Source of the DNA: Lama glama
Taxonomy: Eukaryota
Direction of reading: 5' to 3'
Length of the DNA stretch: 64,000 bases
NCBI GenBank assembly: GCA_028534125.1
Contig: CM052827.1
Span: 34,100,001 to 34,164,000 of the forward strand
The stretch's first letter is position 1; each line of letters opens with the position of its first letter. Below the pieces are notes generated by a model. That model did no database searches and was not told the origin of the DNA. It saw only the letters and a program-made list of their open reading frames with translations. Both the position numbers and the translations under genes were made by a program. Positions 60,235-64,000 of the stretch are shown here, piece by piece.

Positions 60235-60372
60235 TTTCCTTTTTTCTCTTTTAATTTTGATGGGGAGGTAATTAGGTTTTTATTTATTTATTTTCATGAA
60301 GGTACTGAGGATTGAACCCAGGACCTCGTGCATGCTAAGCACGTGCTCTACCACTGAGCTATATCCTCCCCC
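60235..60372 (-). mobile_element. tRNA-Ala-derived SINE (camelid Vic-1-like)
   Basis: GGATATAGCTCAGTGGTAGAGCACGTGCTTAGCATGCACGAGGTCCTGGGTTCAATCCTCAGTACC on -, same AACCTAATTACC tail; imperfect TSD CAGAAATATT / CAGGAATATT. Confidence 0.85.
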
Positions 60373-61669
60373 CAGGAATATTCTTCAGTTCCACAAAGAA
60401 ATATGCCTTCTTCCATTTTCCCTGAAGCACATGGCCCCTTTGACCTCTCTTTTATTGTTACACTTATTTTGGAGACACAGGTACAAAAAAAGTAGTCCTC
60501 AACTTCAACATTGGCAGTGGTGCAGGAGTAAGACTAAAAGCCACACTCAGACTCAGTTTTGGGGAGGTGTGGCATGCATGCCTGGTCTGAAAGGAGAAGC
60601 CAATGACATCAGGCAGAGATGCAGCCCAGTGTTGCCAGAGCTTCAGATGTTTCCAGAAAAGCCAGAAAACTGAATTTTTATATGTTGTTTCAATGTTGCC
60701 TCAAAAAAGCATTATGCAGGTTGTCACAATCTCACTTAGAGTGTAATGGGAGAGAATTTGTGTCCTGGCTGAAGTGCTGTGAGAACAGGAGTGAAGATTT
60801 CCTTCTTCTTGCAATACTGATTGGTTTCCTGGAGGAGGCGGTATTTAAGGAAGGTTCCTAAAGGTGGACAGAGCATCCCGAAAGGAAGAAGGTAGGGAGT
60901 GAGCTCCAGTACAACTTTAGCTCAGTTGGTCATCACAGGAATGCTAACAGGCCCTAGAGATTCCAGTGTCACAACCCTCTTGCCTCCATGGTCCACACCC
61001 TCAGCTTCCTGGTTCCAGCCTTAAGGGACTCAGCCCACGTCTGCCCTTTAGTTTTCTTCTTCCTGGGAAACAAGGAACAGCTGACAAGCTCCAAGTCCTC
61101 CCAGGGCTTCCAGTGAACTGGGCTGGGGCCCACTCCCTGGGGTTGGCAAAGGAAACCGCCAGCTCTTGGGGCCTTCCCCTTGACGCTGGAAGGTGACGCA
61201 GCAAAGAGAAGGGAAGAGAGCCTGGCAATTCCCCACTGGGTGAGAGTCATCCTCCCCAGGCCATCCCTACTTTTCAGAAAGGGTAAGCCAACTTGGGCGG
61301 TTGCCTGGATGCCACACTTGGGTGGGCAGAACATGCGAGACAGCACCTCCTGTCTTCTGAACTACATCATCATTCGGTTTCAACTGCATAAATAGCACAA
61401 TAACCTCATCTTATGGGCCCCCAATGTGATGCAATAATTGTGATGCAATAACCAAAATTGTTTTAATCTGACAAAAAGGCTGAGTGTGGGACAGAGAATA
61501 ATCTTTTATATTAAAAGAGACTGAAGAGATCTAGCAATCAAATGCAATAAGTGAATATTGCCTCTTGAACTGAAATAAAAATGCTAAAAAGACATTCTTG
61601 AGACCGGTGAGGATGACACCACTGAATGGCTGTTGATTTCCTTAGAGGTGATAATGATGTTGTAATGGT

Positions 61670-61999
61670 ATGGAGTGGGGCCTCAACTCAACACTGTTGA
61701 CTTTTTGGACTCTCTCTCCTGGGATTTTAGCAGCACTTCTGGCCCCTGCCCTCTAGGTGTCAGAAGCACCGCACCCATTCGTGTGCAGCAAGCTGAGAAG
61801 GCTGAGTGAGATGTTTCAGTTAGTAGTAATGATGGTTGCGTCACATCATGAATACACTGAAAAACACTGGACTGTACACTTTAAAATGGTAAATGATGAA
61901 TTTTAAGTTACATGAATTTTTTTCCCAATAAAAAATTAATTTTAAAAATGTCTCCATTTGACACTGGGGGACAAAAATCACCCCTGGCTGAAACCACTG
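61670..61999. mobile_element. MER20-like DNA transposon relic with a nested L1MB 3' fragment (~61805-61948)
   Basis: TTTAGCAGCACTTCTGGCC...; AAAAATGTCTCCA...GGGGGACAAAAATCACCCCTGGCTGAAACCACTG terminus; insert has CACTGGACTGTACACTTTAAAATGG. Confidence 0.65.
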
Positions 62000-62354
62000 G
62001 TGCAGAGTACACGGCTTCAGTTGGAGGTAGCAGGGATGCAGGCTGAAGGATTTGGGAGGGAAATGTCTTGTTTGTAACTTACTTTCAAAGAGCAAATATA
62101 GTAAAATATTAACCATTGGTGATAGTAAGTGGCAGGTGTGTGGGTTGTTCATTTTACTATTCTACCCACTTTCTATAAATTAAATTGTTTCAAAACTGAA
62201 AGAAAATAATTCAGTTTGGAATTTTCTGTTTACAGCATCCCAAGGGGCTATGACAGTTGCCAACTGTGCAGCCTCCCTTCAGGTGCAATTATCGTGTCTA
62301 CATGGTTGAGTTGCTCAGGTTCTTCATCCTTCAGGGGAAGACTCCTTATCTCTC

Positions 62355-62416
62355 ATACCTCTCCCTGTCTCTCTCTCTCTTTCCCTCTCCCGCTCCCTCC
62401 CTCTCTCCCTCCTGCC
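62355..62416. repeat. CT-rich polypyrimidine tract
   Basis: CTCTCCCTGTCTCTCTCTCTCTTTCCCTCTCCCGCTCCCTCCCTCTCTCCCTCC. Confidence 0.8.
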
Positions 62417-62564
62417 TATTTCACTCCAAGACTCCCTGAACATACTGCTCCTATGCTACACACTGACCTATGGAGAGAAAGGCGTCCTATGAACTGTCGT
62501 ATACCCAGACTGGGCGCTGATCATAGGCCGAGTCAGTTCCTCTGTGGGGAGTATTCTCTCTCAA

Positions 62565-63057
62565 GGTAGCTTTAAAACATGGTCACAAAATTTTTTAGCA
62601 CTTGTTCCATTTAGAGACAGGGAGTCTGTGTCCCCTCTCCTTGAATATGGACTCTGCAACTACTTAACCAGTGTTTATACGGTGGGAAGGTGACACTGTA
62701 CTAGTTTTTGGATCTAGGCCTTAAAGAACTAGTATCTGCCATTCTCTGTCTCCTTTGAGATACTTGTTCTTGGAACCCGGCTGGGCTGCCTTGCTGTGAG
62801 GAAGCCCCAGCCACCCTACGGAGAGGCACATGTGGAAAGAAGCAGCATAGAACGCTACCTTAAAGCCACGTGAGTGAGTCATCTTGGAAATGGATTCTCT
62901 AGCCCCAGGTGGGGGTGGGGGTGGCAGGGGGCAGAGATGAGCTGTCCCTATTGAGCTCTGCTCATTTTGTAGATTTGTGAGCAAACTACGTGGTTGCTAT
63001 TGCTTTAAGTCACTAATTTTTGCAGTGGTTTGTTTGCAGTGGGAGATAACTGATGCA
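62565..63057 (+). mobile_element. MaLR LTR (MLT1-type)
   Basis: TGCTGTGAGGAAGCCC, GCAGAGATGAGCTGTCCC, TTTAAGTCACTAATTTTTGCAGTGGTTTGTT...GATAACTGATGCA. Confidence 0.75.
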
Positions 63058-63427
63058 TCCCCTTCCCACACTCCCAAACTGGGGGCCCCAGGCTTGGAAG
63101 GAGGGAAGTGGGCCTGCTCTCTATCCCTAGAGCTAGGACCTAGCTCAGCACTTACTCCTTCAACAAGTACTTATTGAGTAGCCACCCAGTACTAGACACT
63201 AGTCCAGGGGCTGAGGAGTCAGCAGTGACTGAGGTAGACCTACCCTGCCTGCGGGCACAGCTCAGGCACAGTAATGAGACAACTGTAGCCCCAGCCTGGG
63301 AAAGGAGGAGGGAGAACTGTATTCCTGGGGAGGTTATTTCTAAGCTGAGACCTGACTCAGGAAAAGGAGTTAACCATGCAGAGAAGCAGGGAAAGGGCAG
63401 ATGGAACACCATGTGCTAGTTCGGGGA

Positions 63428-63626
63428 AAGGTTGCCAGATCTGGCAAATAAAAAATAAAAATTTAACACCCAGTTAAATCTGAACTTTAGATAAACAATG
63501 AATTTTCTTTAGTATATACATATGCCTCGTGCAATAGTGAGGATGTTCTTACACTAAAAAAGTTATTCATTATTTATTTGAAATTCAAGTTTAACTGGGA
63601 GTCATGTGTTTTATCTGGGAACCCTA
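63428..63626. mobile_element. MER53-like hAT MITE (palindromic)
   Basis: Termini AGGTTGCCAGAT and ATCTGGGAACCCTA; internal inverted arms CCCAGTTAAATCTGAACTT / AATTCAAGTTTAACTGGG; ~200 bp. Confidence 0.85.
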
Positions 63627-64000
63627 GTTCTAGGACAAAAAAGAGAGAAAAAGAAAAAATTTGTGATTTCAAGGGACAGTTCAGGAAGCCGGGCGTAGCA
63701 CAGAGACAAACAGGGCATGGCCTGAGAGATAAAGGTGAACAGGATCAAGGTCATAAAAGATCAGTTTGTCAAGGTCCATTTTGAATTTCACCCTGAAGCA
63801 ATGGGGAACCATGGGAAGGCTTAGAGCTGGGGAGTGACACAATTAATTTTGTGTTGTAGATATTCTGAGTTGGAGCCTGTAGGCAATGAAACCAGGAGGA
63901 ATCCCTTGCCCTGCATTGTTACCACAAAGCCATGGAAGTGTTGGTGGACTAATCCCCACTTTGTATTTTTCTTTTTTACAATATATGTGTTTTAAGCTAT

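Noticed and set aside
60300-60372. Apparent tRNA-Ala gene
   Set aside because: It has the SINE tail and TSD shared with the two other copies, so it is a SINE head.
1-64000. CRISPR arrays, operons or other prokaryote-type systems; exons of neighbouring genes at the window ends
   Set aside because: The sequence is clearly mammalian with spliced genes. No repeat-spacer array is present, and I recognised no additional coding exons in 1-4600 or 52500-64000.

Overview
This is mammalian genomic DNA containing three complete, intact spliced genes in conserved synteny. HSD11B2 is on the + strand (5 coding exons, 5244-10331, 404 aa), ATP6V0D1 is on the - strand (8 coding exons, 49919-11806, 351 aa), and AGRP is on the - strand (3 coding exons, 51549-50787, 134 aa). 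All introns are GT-AG and the exon phases join into open frames. Three tRNA-Ala-derived SINE copies resembling the camelid Vic-1 family suggest a camel, llama or alpaca genome (inference). The rest is intronic or intergenic sequence with L1, L2, MIR, MLT1, MER20 and MER53 relics; repeat family names and boundaries are by-eye estimates. Nearly all ORFs in the supplied track are incidental. I found no new multi-gene system. The best leads are: (1) Lys replaces the acidic NAD+-selecting residue (human Glu115) in 11beta-HSD2; (2) nested inverted repeats in the AGRP promoter carry two STAT sites and a GRE; (3) a TSD-flanked tailless retrocopy of the 5' half of tRNA-Met; (4) a probable L1 3' transduction; (5) an orphan mRNA 3'-UTR retrocopy; (6) duplicated ATF4/C-EBP elements upstream of AGRP. 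Comparisons with human and other orthologues are from memory and need an alignment to confirm.
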